Shown one piece after another: positions 47,988 through 56,692 of a DNA stretch of 64,000 nt (position 1 is its first letter; every line of letters starts with the position of its first letter). The translations under genes were made by a program, and so were the position numbers. Location: NCBI GenBank assembly GCA_024276605.1, contig JAJRWX010000005.1, positions 49-64,048 on the forward strand, read 5' to 3'. The notes under the pieces were generated by a model that had not been told where the DNA came from, searched no databases, and saw nothing but the letters and a program-made list of their open reading frames with translations. The DNA is from Planctomycetota bacterium. GTDB lineage: Bacteria > Planctomycetota > Phycisphaerae > UBA1845.

Positions 47988-48374
47988 TCAACCGCCTGCC
48001 TCGACGATCACTTTCGCATCCCGCATGATGTCCGGATGCACCTCACAGTAATAAATGAACTCGCCCACTTCGTCGAACGTGTACGTGAATGTTTCGCCTT
48101 GCGATAGAAGCGGGGATTTGAAAATCGAACCGAAGTCCGCATCCTCAGGATTTCCGGAAGTAGTCGTGTGTGGCACGATGTCCCGATTGTTCCACGTAAC
48201 CGACTCACCCGCTTTGATTGTAATGATCATGGGTTCGAAGGTGTTATTGCGCATGAACACTTCGTTCACTCCCTGCTCAACAACCATCGGACAACCCACT
48301 ATCGCAAGCGTGCCTCCAACCACCAACGGCGTTAGCAGCCACATATTCCGGTTCCGTCTCCAGAATCGCTTCAT
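47988..48374 (-). CDS. Cupredoxin (plastocyanin/halocyanin-like blue copper protein)
   Basis: 128-aa ORF with an N-terminal anchor or signal. The ligand pattern is VPHTTTSG...YYCEVHPDIM. Confidence 0.8.
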   Translation of the reverse strand: MKRFWRRNRNMWLLTPLVVGGTLAIVGCPMVVEQGVNEVFMRNNTFEPMIITIKAGESVTWNNRDIVPHTTTSGNPEDADFGSIFKSPLLSQGETFTYTFDEVGEFIYYCEVHPDIMRDAKVIVEAGG

Positions 48375-48436
48375 CGGACTATCTCCTATTTCTTGATGTG
48401 TAATCTGCCCGGCCTCGAAAACGGAAAGTAACCTTC

Positions 48437-48960
48437 GCTTTTCAACGAGTCAACCGCGATCAGAATAGCCGGTAGTGGCCGCCCAGATGGATCATCGCGG
48501 GTATCGTCGTCGGGCAGTGCCCGACCTACAAGGCTTGGTTTTTCAACGAGTCAACTGCAGTCGGGCATCGCCCGACGATGGATCATCGTATGCCTAGATA
48601 ATCATTGCGGAAAAAAAGTCGGGTAGTGCCCGACCTACGATACTCTCCTTAGAATTCAAAACGCAACAACTCACAGGCTGCGAATACCAAGAAGCCATAG
48701 TCTTAGGGCACCAAGGCTTGTCAGGTTTGCTTTCCTATCCGACAATGCGACGTGAGGGACTGATGTCGTTGAAGAACATCAACCCTTGGCTAGAGCAATG
48801 CGTGTTTTCGTGTTACTGTCGTAGGCACTATGAATCATGTATTCATCCGGTGTGTCCGCACGAACTAAAGCATGCGGCTCGCTTCACAGTAGGTCGGGCA
48901 CTGCCCGACGATGGATCATCATAGGCATCGTCGCCGGGCAATGCCCGACCTACAAGGCTA
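48437..48960. repeat. Cluster of REP/BIME-like palindromic units (GTCGGGCA-nn-GCCCGAC cores)
   Basis: Palindromic cores lie at 48509-48525, 48560-48576, 48618-48634, 48893-48909 and 48933-48949. They share the flanks gatggatcatc and cctacaaggct, plus the repeated ttttcaacgagtcaac. The ORFs called across this region are repeat read-through. Confidence 0.7.
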
Positions 48961-49061
48961 GAGCAAGCGCTACTGGAGTTGAGCGCTGTGGAGTAGGTTT
49001 ACTCCAGCGTAATGTATGTGATGATAGGACGGCAGCGCAAAGTACGCAGGGAGGCACAGTT

Positions 49062-49259
49062 ATGAGCCAATCCGGCAAAGAGTGGTTTGTTGAACAATTC
49101 CATTTACAAAGCCCCATCGAGGAATTCCAAACGCATTGCCGCTTGGAGATAGAACGACTACGGAAGGACAAGTCGGATTTCGACGAGGGCAGTTACCGTG
49201 AAGCGATCCATCTGGTCATGGAGCGCTTGCGCCCCGCGGGAATAGGCAATCAACCATGA
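49062..49259 (+). CDS. 65-aa hypothetical protein, translationally coupled to the SMC-like ATPase
   Basis: The ATG at 49062 lies 8 nt after GGGAGG. The longer ORF from 48837 runs through the repeats and is rejected. The product is MSQSGKEWFVEQFHLQSPIEEFQTHCRLEIERLRKDKSDFDEGSYREAIHLVMERLRPAGIGNQP. Its stop overlaps the next start (ATGA). Confidence 0.5.
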   Translation: MSQSGKEWFVEQFHLQSPIEEFQTHCRLEIERLRKDKSDFDEGSYREAIHLVMERLRPAGIGNQP

Positions 49260-51571
49260 TCCTAAAACACATTGAAGCGGAAAATATTCTCAAATATCAG
49301 CGACTCAAACTCACGGACCTTCCTGAGCGTGGACAGATTGCCGTCTCCGGCCTAAATGAATCGGGTAAGACCGCCATCGGAGAGACAATTTGCCTGGCCT
49401 TGTTCGGTCGGACCTATTCACTCGACTCGAATGAACTGCACAAGGTTATTCGTTGGGGTGAATACTCGGGGTATGTGCGCGTGGATTTTGCCGGCTGCGA
49501 TGGTCGCACCTATCGTATTGTGCGCAAGTTGGATAACACCGGCAAACACGAAGCCGAACTTTTTCTTGACGGCAACCGAACACCCACAGCCCAGGGCGTG
49601 GATGAAGTAGCGGATACAATTCAGAAGGTGACGGGGTTTTCGTATCAGAGTTTTGTCGATAGCTTTTATCTGGCGCAACGGGAAATCGAAGTACCCCATA
49701 GTAAAAGTGCCACTGTTAAGGCATTGATCGGTGTCGACAAGTTGGAATCCGCTGCTACTTATCTCAAGCGTGAGCAAACAGAATTCACCAACGCCGCACA
49801 AACACTTGAGGGTGATATCGACAAAACCAGGCAGGCTGTACGCGATATTAATCTGGATCGCTCCAAGTTAGGTAGGCTCGAATCACAGCGTGAAACCGCC
49901 GTATCTGCAGCCGCTGAAGCTGCACAGACCGCCTCGGATTTGACTAACGGTGCAGCTGCGATCGGTAAAGCCACTACGGCATTTGAACAGGCATCGACGG
50001 CTTTTGCACAAAGTTCCGTAGAAACCAACTATGCCCAATGGCGAAACCGTCGTCAGTCGTTGGATACATGCTTGGCGGTAGCATCCAAAGCGTCTAAAGC
50101 GACGGGCTTAGAGGTTGGCGTATCTGCACTGTCGAATACGTCTGAAACTATGCAAGCCTTTGATGTGGGGCTAGCAGAATATGATAAAGTGGCGGACCTG
50201 GCTGGTCGCTACAAGCAACGTTTATCCCACCGTTTGCAGGAAACTATAACACCAACAACCAAGGCCACGATCCAGGACATTACGACAAGGGCCACGGATG
50301 CTAGATTTGCTGATTTACGTCATGCAGCCACACTTAGACTCGAAGAACTCGCCAAACAACGGAGTATGTACATCGGCTCAGTTGTATTCGTCGCACTAGT
50401 ATCCGTGAGTACCTGGCTATGCTGGGGTGCCCTGCAATCTTGGCCCGACACAGCATTAGCCGGTTTTTTAACCGGTATCATTCCCGTAGCAGATGCGACA
50501 CGTCGGGTGATCCTGTTGATCGGCGGCATCGTCGGCACGATTACCACCGCCGGTTTAGTGGCGTTATGCGTGCGTGCTATCCAGCGCATCAAAGAATCTC
50601 AACAGCATCTTGAGCAGATCCAGACGGAAGAGCAAATTGCCCGTACCGAGTTAAACGTCATTGAAGCCATCGACGAAGCCACACTACCCAAGGCTATTGA
50701 AGCCCTTCGCGGGGTACAAAACGATCTGGTCAACAGCGCTGCTGCGTCATTTTTAGATAGTCAAGGCGCTATCCTTATTAAACCGGACAACCTGTCCGAA
50801 AAGTTGAACGAATTAAAACGTGGTAGCGGTCGAGCGGTGTCATCACTCAAGCAAGGACAAGACCGCATCGCGCAACGCGCTGCCCAGGCCAGTGCACAAG
50901 CGGAACAACACCGCCGACAAGCGGCTATCCTGGACGAACAAATCACCGAAGAAAAAGCGATGTGGGATAAAGCCGAGGCGCTGGAACGTGCGCTGGCTGA
51001 TCTGGAGGCTCAGACTAAGCAGCTTCGACGCAATGTTCAGGTTCGCAAGCTGTCTTGCGAGCTTATCGAAGGTGGATGTCGGCGCATCTATGCTCGATTT
51101 GAACCGGAGTTAAGGCGTTTCGTAGGAAAAATTCTCCCACACCTGACCCAAGAAAGATATGAACACCTGGAAATTGATGACGACCTGCACATCCGTGTAT
51201 TTTGCAACAAGAAAAACGACTTCGTCAGTTTGTCTGAAATTTCCAACGGAACGCATAGACAGTTAATGCTCAGCGTTCGCTTAGCCTTGTCGCAAGCGCT
51301 CATCGCGTCTTCAAATAATACGGCGCAGTTTATTTTCTTTGACGAGCCGTTCGCCTTTTTTGACGAGCAGCGGATGGCCAAGGCTATCGAGGTGCTACGC
51401 CGGATCAGTCCGCAGCTTACACAGGTTTGGCTCGCGGCTCAAAATTTTGAAAATGTATCCAGCTTCGACCTTCTCTTGAACTGCACCGTTGATGGCCATG
51501 TGCTCGAAGTCTCTGGAAAGCCGGCTAGACGCTCCCGCTCGTCTCAAGCAGCAGGTACCACGACCGCGTAA
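49256..51571 (+). CDS. Rad50/SbcC-like ABC ATPase with a long coiled coil interrupted by a transmembrane hairpin
   Basis: 771-aa ORF. Walker A is SGLNESGKTAIGE, the Q-loop-like segment is FYLAQRE, the signature-like segment is SEISNGTHRQL and Walker B is FIFFDEPFAFFDE. About 550 aa of Ala/Gln/Glu-rich sequence lies between the head halves. Two hydrophobic helices (MYIGSVVFVALVSVSTWLCWGAL and VILLIGGIVGTITTAGLVALCVRAI) sit at the midpoint. Confidence 0.8.
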   Translation: MILKHIEAENILKYQRLKLTDLPERGQIAVSGLNESGKTAIGETICLALFGRTYSLDSNELHKVIRWGEYSGYVRVDFAGCDGRTYRIVRKLDNTGKHEAELFLDGNRTPTAQGVDEVADTIQKVTGFSYQSFVDSFYLAQREIEVPHSKSATVKALIGVDKLESAATYLKREQTEFTNAAQTLEGDIDKTRQAVRDINLDRSKLGRLESQRETAVSAAAEAAQTASDLTNGAAAIGKATTAFEQASTAFAQSSVETNYAQWRNRRQSLDTCLAVASKASKATGLEVGVSALSNTSETMQAFDVGLAEYDKVADLAGRYKQRLSHRLQETITPTTKATIQDITTRATDARFADLRHAATLRLEELAKQRSMYIGSVVFVALVSVSTWLCWGALQSWPDTALAGFLTGIIPVADATRRVILLIGGIVGTITTAGLVALCVRAIQRIKESQQHLEQIQTEEQIARTELNVIEAIDEATLPKAIEALRGVQNDLVNSAAASFLDSQGAILIKPDNLSEKLNELKRGSGRAVSSLKQGQDRIAQRAAQASAQAEQHRRQAAILDEQITEEKAMWDKAEALERALADLEAQTKQLRRNVQVRKLSCELIEGGCRRIYARFEPELRRFVGKILPHLTQERYEHLEIDDDLHIRVFCNKKNDFVSLSEISNGTHRQLMLSVRLALSQALIASSNNTAQFIFFDEPFAFFDEQRMAKAIEVLRRISPQLTQVWLAAQNFENVSSFDLLLNCTVDGHVLEVSGKPARRSRSSQAAGTTTA

Positions 51572-51667
51572 CGGAGCTAAGCTCGATCATCGAACCCTCT
51601 GTTTCTCGCACACGTAGATAGCTTAGACTCCTGACGTGAGTGAGTCGTAGTCACAAGCGCCATCCAC

Positions 51668-52831
51668 ATGAAGATTTGCCACGTCATTACCCGACTCATC
51701 ATTGGTGGAGCGCAAGAAAACACGATATTAACCTGTCGCGGCCTTGTGGATCGTGACCATAAGGTCACGCTTATCGCAGGTCCGGAAACCGGGCCTGAAG
51801 GGTCACTGTGGGGACAAGCAGAGGAGGCTGGGTGTTCGTTAGTACGGCTCAATTCGCTGCGTCGAGCAGTTTCGCCATGGGCTGATTGGCAGGCGCGACG
51901 CGACCTGGCCAATCTTTTTCAACGTCTTCAACCCGACATCGTCCACACGCACAGTAGCAAAGCCGGTATCCTGGGTCGAGACGCCGCGTCTGTAGCCGGC
52001 GTATCGAAAATTGTACATACCATTCATGGTATGAGTTTCAATCGAACACAATCTGCGATGACGCGTTGGCTCTATCGAACACTCGAACGTCGCGCTGCCC
52101 GTGTGACCACTGCTTTTGTCAGCGTGGCTGATGCCATGACCGCGCAAGCCGTCGAGGCGGGGCTAGCCCCTGCGACACGTTTTACCACGGTACGATCCGG
52201 TATGGAGGTCGATAGATTTCAGCCTAGTCTTGAGCAACGAAAGTCGCTACGAAAAAAATGGGGCATCCGTGACGATGAAGTGGTTATAGGAACCGTTGCC
52301 CGGCAGTTCAAGCATAAAGGCTACGAGGATATCATCAAAGCGATGCCCCATGCAGTGGCAGGCAATGAGAAGTTAACATTTGTGTGGGTCGGTGACGGGG
52401 CTAACCGTAGCCAATACGAACGCGCACTGCATGCGATAAACATGCATGGTCGTGTCCACATGATTGGACTGGTCCCCCCCGCCGATATGCCTGAACTGAT
52501 GAATGGATTTGATATATTGGTTCACGCCTCACGTTGGGAAGGCTTACCGCGCACTGTCGTACAGGCGTCACTCATGGAAGTGCCCGCTATTTCATACGAC
52601 AACGATGGTGCACCGGAAGTTGTCATCCCCGAAGAGACAGGCATTTTGGTACCATGCGGCCATACTCATAAACTCGCTGAGGCCATTATCCAACTCTCAA
52701 CTGATCCAACCAAGCGACGCGTACTCGGGCGTGGCGGTAGAATGAAATGCCTAGCGGATTACGATTGGCGACGCATGGTGGATCAACTCGATCAGCTTTA
52801 TAGGAACCTATGCACGCCCATCGACCGGTAA
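51668..52831 (+). CDS. Glycosyltransferase family 4 (GT-B)
   Basis: MKICHVITRLIIGGAQ forms the N-terminus, and the C-terminal EGLPRTVVQASLMEVP matches the E-x7-E-type motif. Confidence 0.88.
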   Translation: MKICHVITRLIIGGAQENTILTCRGLVDRDHKVTLIAGPETGPEGSLWGQAEEAGCSLVRLNSLRRAVSPWADWQARRDLANLFQRLQPDIVHTHSSKAGILGRDAASVAGVSKIVHTIHGMSFNRTQSAMTRWLYRTLERRAARVTTAFVSVADAMTAQAVEAGLAPATRFTTVRSGMEVDRFQPSLEQRKSLRKKWGIRDDEVVIGTVARQFKHKGYEDIIKAMPHAVAGNEKLTFVWVGDGANRSQYERALHAINMHGRVHMIGLVPPADMPELMNGFDILVHASRWEGLPRTVVQASLMEVPAISYDNDGAPEVVIPEETGILVPCGHTHKLAEAIIQLSTDPTKRRVLGRGGRMKCLADYDWRRMVDQLDQLYRNLCTPIDR

Positions 52832-53105
52832 CCAATGTGGAATAATCAGCCAAATCATGCCCGATAACGCTATGATTGTAAGATAACCTGCATCGTAACA
52901 ACCGCTCACCTATTATTATCGGACCATAACTGTTCTACCACTAGTTTTGGTATAGATCAAAACAATTGCATTTTATCACTAGCCTACCCCAACTACCCCC
53001 GCTATAATGCGACATAGGGTTATTTGTCATTTAGATGGCCCGTGAGTCGCTCCATGTTGGGGTTTGCGACTGAATTGTGGGGGTTATACCGGAGGTTAGG
53101 GAAAG

Positions 53106-53801
53106 ATGAAACGCTTTTTCTCAATGATCATGCTCGTTGCTTGTATGTCGCTGTTGGCCGGTGGTTCATCAGCCATGGCCGCTGGCGAAGTGTTGGATTT
53201 TGGCTTTACGAATTTGAACGGCTCATTCAATTCTTCTTCCAGTCTGTTTACAGCTTCTGATGATGCTAACACAAGTGGCAGTGTTTCACGTTTGGTACCG
53301 TTGGTGGGTGATGCTTTCTTTCAAGGAACTGCTGTGGATGCAGGCTTCCCCAATATGGCTGCCTTCGATCTGTCACTCACGTTGTCCAGTATTACTACAT
53401 CTACAGCCGCAGCAACCGGCGTGATTACCTTCACCGATACCAACGGTGATGTTCTGACGGGAAATGTCAGCGGGGACTGGAATGAGCTGTCAGGCACGAC
53501 TGTGGCCGGTATCTTTTCAGGTGTTATCACAAACTTTATTCCTGTTGATAACTCCGGTGATAATACCTTCGATGGCAACTCCGGACCTGGTTTTTCTACC
53601 ATCTTCAATTCGATGTTGCCATTTGACGGTGCCATCGTCACGCTTGAATTCGGTAATTGGTTTACTGACGGCGGTGGTGTTCCGACTGACTTTTTCAATT
53701 CTGCTACCCAAGCCACAGGCATTGTTGTGCCTGAACCAGCTACGCTGGCCATGCTAGGCCTAGGTGGATTAGCCCTGATCGTGCGACGCCGCAAGAAATA
53801 G
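53106..53801 (+). CDS. PEP-CTERM sorting-domain protein
   Basis: It has a signal peptide and a Thr/Gly/Asn-rich body. The C-terminus VPEPATLAMLGLGGLALIVRRRKK gives the PEP motif, a TM helix and a basic tail. Confidence 0.85.
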   Translation: MKRFFSMIMLVACMSLLAGGSSAMAAGEVLDFGFTNLNGSFNSSSSLFTASDDANTSGSVSRLVPLVGDAFFQGTAVDAGFPNMAAFDLSLTLSSITTSTAAATGVITFTDTNGDVLTGNVSGDWNELSGTTVAGIFSGVITNFIPVDNSGDNTFDGNSGPGFSTIFNSMLPFDGAIVTLEFGNWFTDGGGVPTDFFNSATQATGIVVPEPATLAMLGLGGLALIVRRRKK

Positions 53802-53939
53802 TGACGCTCTATCGTCAACCATCTTGAAACTATTGCTACGCCCGAGCATTGATTCATTGCTCTGGCGTTTTTTTGTTTCAGATGTAGCCTATATGTTGAT
53901 CCTTCCACTGCCACGACTCATAGACAGTGAGCAATAACA

Positions 53940-54746
53940 ATGCCCATAGATACCCGTCTATATGGTTCAACAGGCCCTAACGTGTTTCTTTTGCACGGTG
54001 GTCCGGGCGCGCCGGGTTATATGGCCCCGGTGGCGAAGGTTCTTGCGAATTCTTTTCATGTCATTGAACCCATGCAACGTGGTAGTAGCCATACGCCTCT
54101 CACGGTCGCTGAACACGTATCGGATTTGCACGAATTGGTTCAATCACAGAGCAATCCTGGGAAATCCGCTTTGGTTGGCCATTCTTGGGGGGCGATGCTG
54201 GCGCTGGCTTATGCGGCCCAGCATCCCAGCGAGATCAAATGTTTGGTTCTCGTTGGTTGCGGAACGTTCGATGAGGTTTCTCGTGATCGCCTTGAAGTTA
54301 CTCGCAAAGAACGTATAGACAACACATATTCACGTCAGTTGCAGGGTATTGAGAAGAAGACATTACCACCAAACGAACGAATGCAAGCGATGGGTCGATT
54401 ATATCTTCAACTGGATTCGTATCGATTGGGTTCGGTCAAAGATGAGTTACTAACCTGCGACGCTCGTGGCCATATAGAAACTTGGCAGGATATGCTGAGG
54501 TTGCAAACTGAGGGCGTTTATCCCGCATCGTTTTCCGCTATTGACATACCGACGTTGATGCTGCACGGCGCATACGATCCGCACCCGGGTCACATGATTT
54601 ATGAAAGCTTAAAACCATATCTGCGCTTTTTATCATACAAAGAATGGCAGGCGTGCGGCCATTATCCCTGGCTGGAACGAGAAGTGAAGGAAGCGTTTTA
54701 TGCGACTTTGCATGACTGGCTTAGCGAACAGTTGTCTGATGCGTAA
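53940..54746 (+). CDS. Alpha/beta hydrolase (proline iminopeptidase-like)
   Basis: The oxyanion segment is LHGGPG, the nucleophile elbow is GHSWGA, and a C-terminal His lies in ACGHYPW. Confidence 0.8.
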   Translation: MPIDTRLYGSTGPNVFLLHGGPGAPGYMAPVAKVLANSFHVIEPMQRGSSHTPLTVAEHVSDLHELVQSQSNPGKSALVGHSWGAMLALAYAAQHPSEIKCLVLVGCGTFDEVSRDRLEVTRKERIDNTYSRQLQGIEKKTLPPNERMQAMGRLYLQLDSYRLGSVKDELLTCDARGHIETWQDMLRLQTEGVYPASFSAIDIPTLMLHGAYDPHPGHMIYESLKPYLRFLSYKEWQACGHYPWLEREVKEAFYATLHDWLSEQLSDA

Positions 54747-54754
54747 TCATCGCC

Positions 54755-55702
54755 TTAATAGTTTTTCGTCAAGGTTGCTTTGACCCAGCCATCATTTGTC
54801 GAAAATGGAATGTCGAGCAGAAGCCAATCCCCTTCTTCACGAAGCACCTCAAATACCTTGTTCTTTTTTAACCGGGCGATTTCCGCACCACTACCAGGTA
54901 AGGCGAATAACTTCGCAGAACGAGTGGCGACGGTAATCCATCGCCCTAGTTGTGGATGGGCCACGTTGAGTTTCCAAGAGTAAGATAGAAATTTCACGCG
55001 GAAACCTGTTACGTCGGATTGCAAGTAGGTACTGATGTAATCAACCAACTTGGACTTGCCTCCAAAATCATCGGCGTACCAATCAAAAATTTTGGATAGA
55101 CGTAGCGTGCGCTGGTCTGTTTCGATACGGTTGCGCGAGGAGTCGTGGATAAAGTCGCTCATTTTTTTATCCAATGTAGCGTCCAAATGCTCAGCCACAT
55201 AGGCGCGATCCCATAACGGTGGACAGGAGTGGGCTGCACAAACCAACGCAGCGTGTACGCGTGGGTCTATGAAGGTAGGTCGGATGATTTTATGCTCAAG
55301 ATAGTCCAGCGTGATGGTCTTATGGCTGAGGCGAACAAGCTTCTCCTTGAATACACGATATAGCGATTCGGACGGTGAATAATCCGCTCGGAAGCGTTCA
55401 ATAATGGCACGTATCATCGACGCATTGTACAGATTGATATAAAGGGCGAGTTGCTGGTTTCGTGATAACGTCGTAGGATCAACCTTAGCGAGTGTATCCA
55501 AGTATTCGATTAATTGCGGCCAATGGTTCTTGCGTATATTGAGATAGTCCACACGTTCATCGCGCACGTTAGCCTGCAAAATAGCGTCGAATTTATTGTG
55601 ATCGATAGTTGCGGCTATCGCCCCACTTGGAACTGACAAACATAAAAACAAGATAACCTGAACCGTCCACACGAAGCGTGTCCTCTTCGTTGGGGTATTC
55701 AT
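54755..55702 (-). CDS. DUF547 domain protein with a C-terminal SH3-like domain
   Basis: A signal peptide is present. QQLALYINLYNASMIRAI and ALVCAAHSCPPL are DUF547 hallmarks. The C-terminal ~60 aa look like SH3b (VFEVLREEGDWLLLDI...GWV). Confidence 0.75.
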   Translation of the reverse strand: MNTPTKRTRFVWTVQVILFLCLSVPSGAIAATIDHNKFDAILQANVRDERVDYLNIRKNHWPQLIEYLDTLAKVDPTTLSRNQQLALYINLYNASMIRAIIERFRADYSPSESLYRVFKEKLVRLSHKTITLDYLEHKIIRPTFIDPRVHAALVCAAHSCPPLWDRAYVAEHLDATLDKKMSDFIHDSSRNRIETDQRTLRLSKIFDWYADDFGGKSKLVDYISTYLQSDVTGFRVKFLSYSWKLNVAHPQLGRWITVATRSAKLFALPGSGAEIARLKKNKVFEVLREEGDWLLLDIPFSTNDGWVKATLTKNY

Positions 55703-55883
55703 AACAAAGCTCCTTCAGGCGGACCTGTGACCAACATAGCGAGAGAGTTCGATGATGGCGGCGTAACGAGTTAAATGTAAATTACGCAACTCTGATGATG
55801 CGTGCCAGTTGTACAAGGATTATACTTACTCGACAAAAAAGATCGACCACGGCTCAAGACACATATGCTCCAATAACCAACGA

Positions 55884-56666
55884 TTAGGCCGATGCGGCAA
55901 TACCATAGGCCTCAAGTTGTTTGGTGATGATGCCTACCCAATTACGATTGGCCTGCGGGCTGGCCGGGCTGGGATGTAGTATACGACCAATTGTTACATC
56001 CGCATCACTCAACGCCTCTTGCGCACGCTTCTCGGCAAAGGCGCCAACACCAATCACATAGCATGGCTGCAGGTGTCTGACCAATTGACGTAGCGTTGCA
56101 TCACATGCTTCGAATAGACGCTTGCGCTGGACTGCAGGAAGTTTGTCAGGTGTAAAGTTTCTCCCTGTTGATTCCATAAACACCAACGGACAATAGTTTG
56201 CCACAAAAAAACGCTTGAAAAACCGTTTGGGCGATATGAACGTATCTCTAGCCCAGCCCCACAGCCTCTTTCCGCTAACTTCACTTCGCTGACAGGCAAA
56301 ACCTAGTATTGGTCGCTTGGGATGTTGACTTTTTGGCGGAACAATATCGGTTGATATGCCCAGCCAATCACGCACGAAACCTACCTCACCAAACGGTACA
56401 CCCGTCTGGGCCATGCCCCAAGGACCGGGATTCATCCCCAGTAGCAACACCTGATTCGATGGTATGGCATATTGTTGCAGATACTGCACATGAGCTTGAC
56501 GTGCATACTCGAGCGGATTGTAAACGTGTGTGATCGGTGAAGAAAACTTGAGTAATCTCATGGAAGCAACGAGGTCATCAACCAAGTCGTTGTAAAACTT
56601 GTGTGTGTTGGATTTGATATTGACAGTGGAGGACATTATCGAATTGTACGGTACCACATACCGCAA
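55884..56666 (-). CDS. SMUG1-like (family 3) uracil-DNA glycosylase
   Basis: GMNPGPWGMAQTGVPFG matches the SMUG1 motif-1 pattern, and a C-terminal HPSPASP matches motif 2. The start may be MSSTV, about 30 nt downstream. Confidence 0.8.
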   Translation of the reverse strand: MRYVVPYNSIMSSTVNIKSNTHKFYNDLVDDLVASMRLLKFSSPITHVYNPLEYARQAHVQYLQQYAIPSNQVLLLGMNPGPWGMAQTGVPFGEVGFVRDWLGISTDIVPPKSQHPKRPILGFACQRSEVSGKRLWGWARDTFISPKRFFKRFFVANYCPLVFMESTGRNFTPDKLPAVQRKRLFEACDATLRQLVRHLQPCYVIGVGAFAEKRAQEALSDADVTIGRILHPSPASPQANRNWVGIITKQLEAYGIAASA

Positions 56667-56692
56667 AATCTCACCATGGCAAGTAAATCATG

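Noticed and set aside
48437-48960. Possible CRISPR array
   Set aside because: The repeats are themselves perfect palindromes, occur in both composite orientations with irregular spacing and shared flanks, and have no unique spacers of constant length. No cas genes lie in the window.
48718-49061. ORFs 48718-48924 and the 5' extension of ORF 48837-49259
   Set aside because: They read through the palindromic REP cluster (the VGRALPDD / GQCPTYKA peptides are repeat translations). The internal ATG at 49062 has the Shine-Dalgarno.
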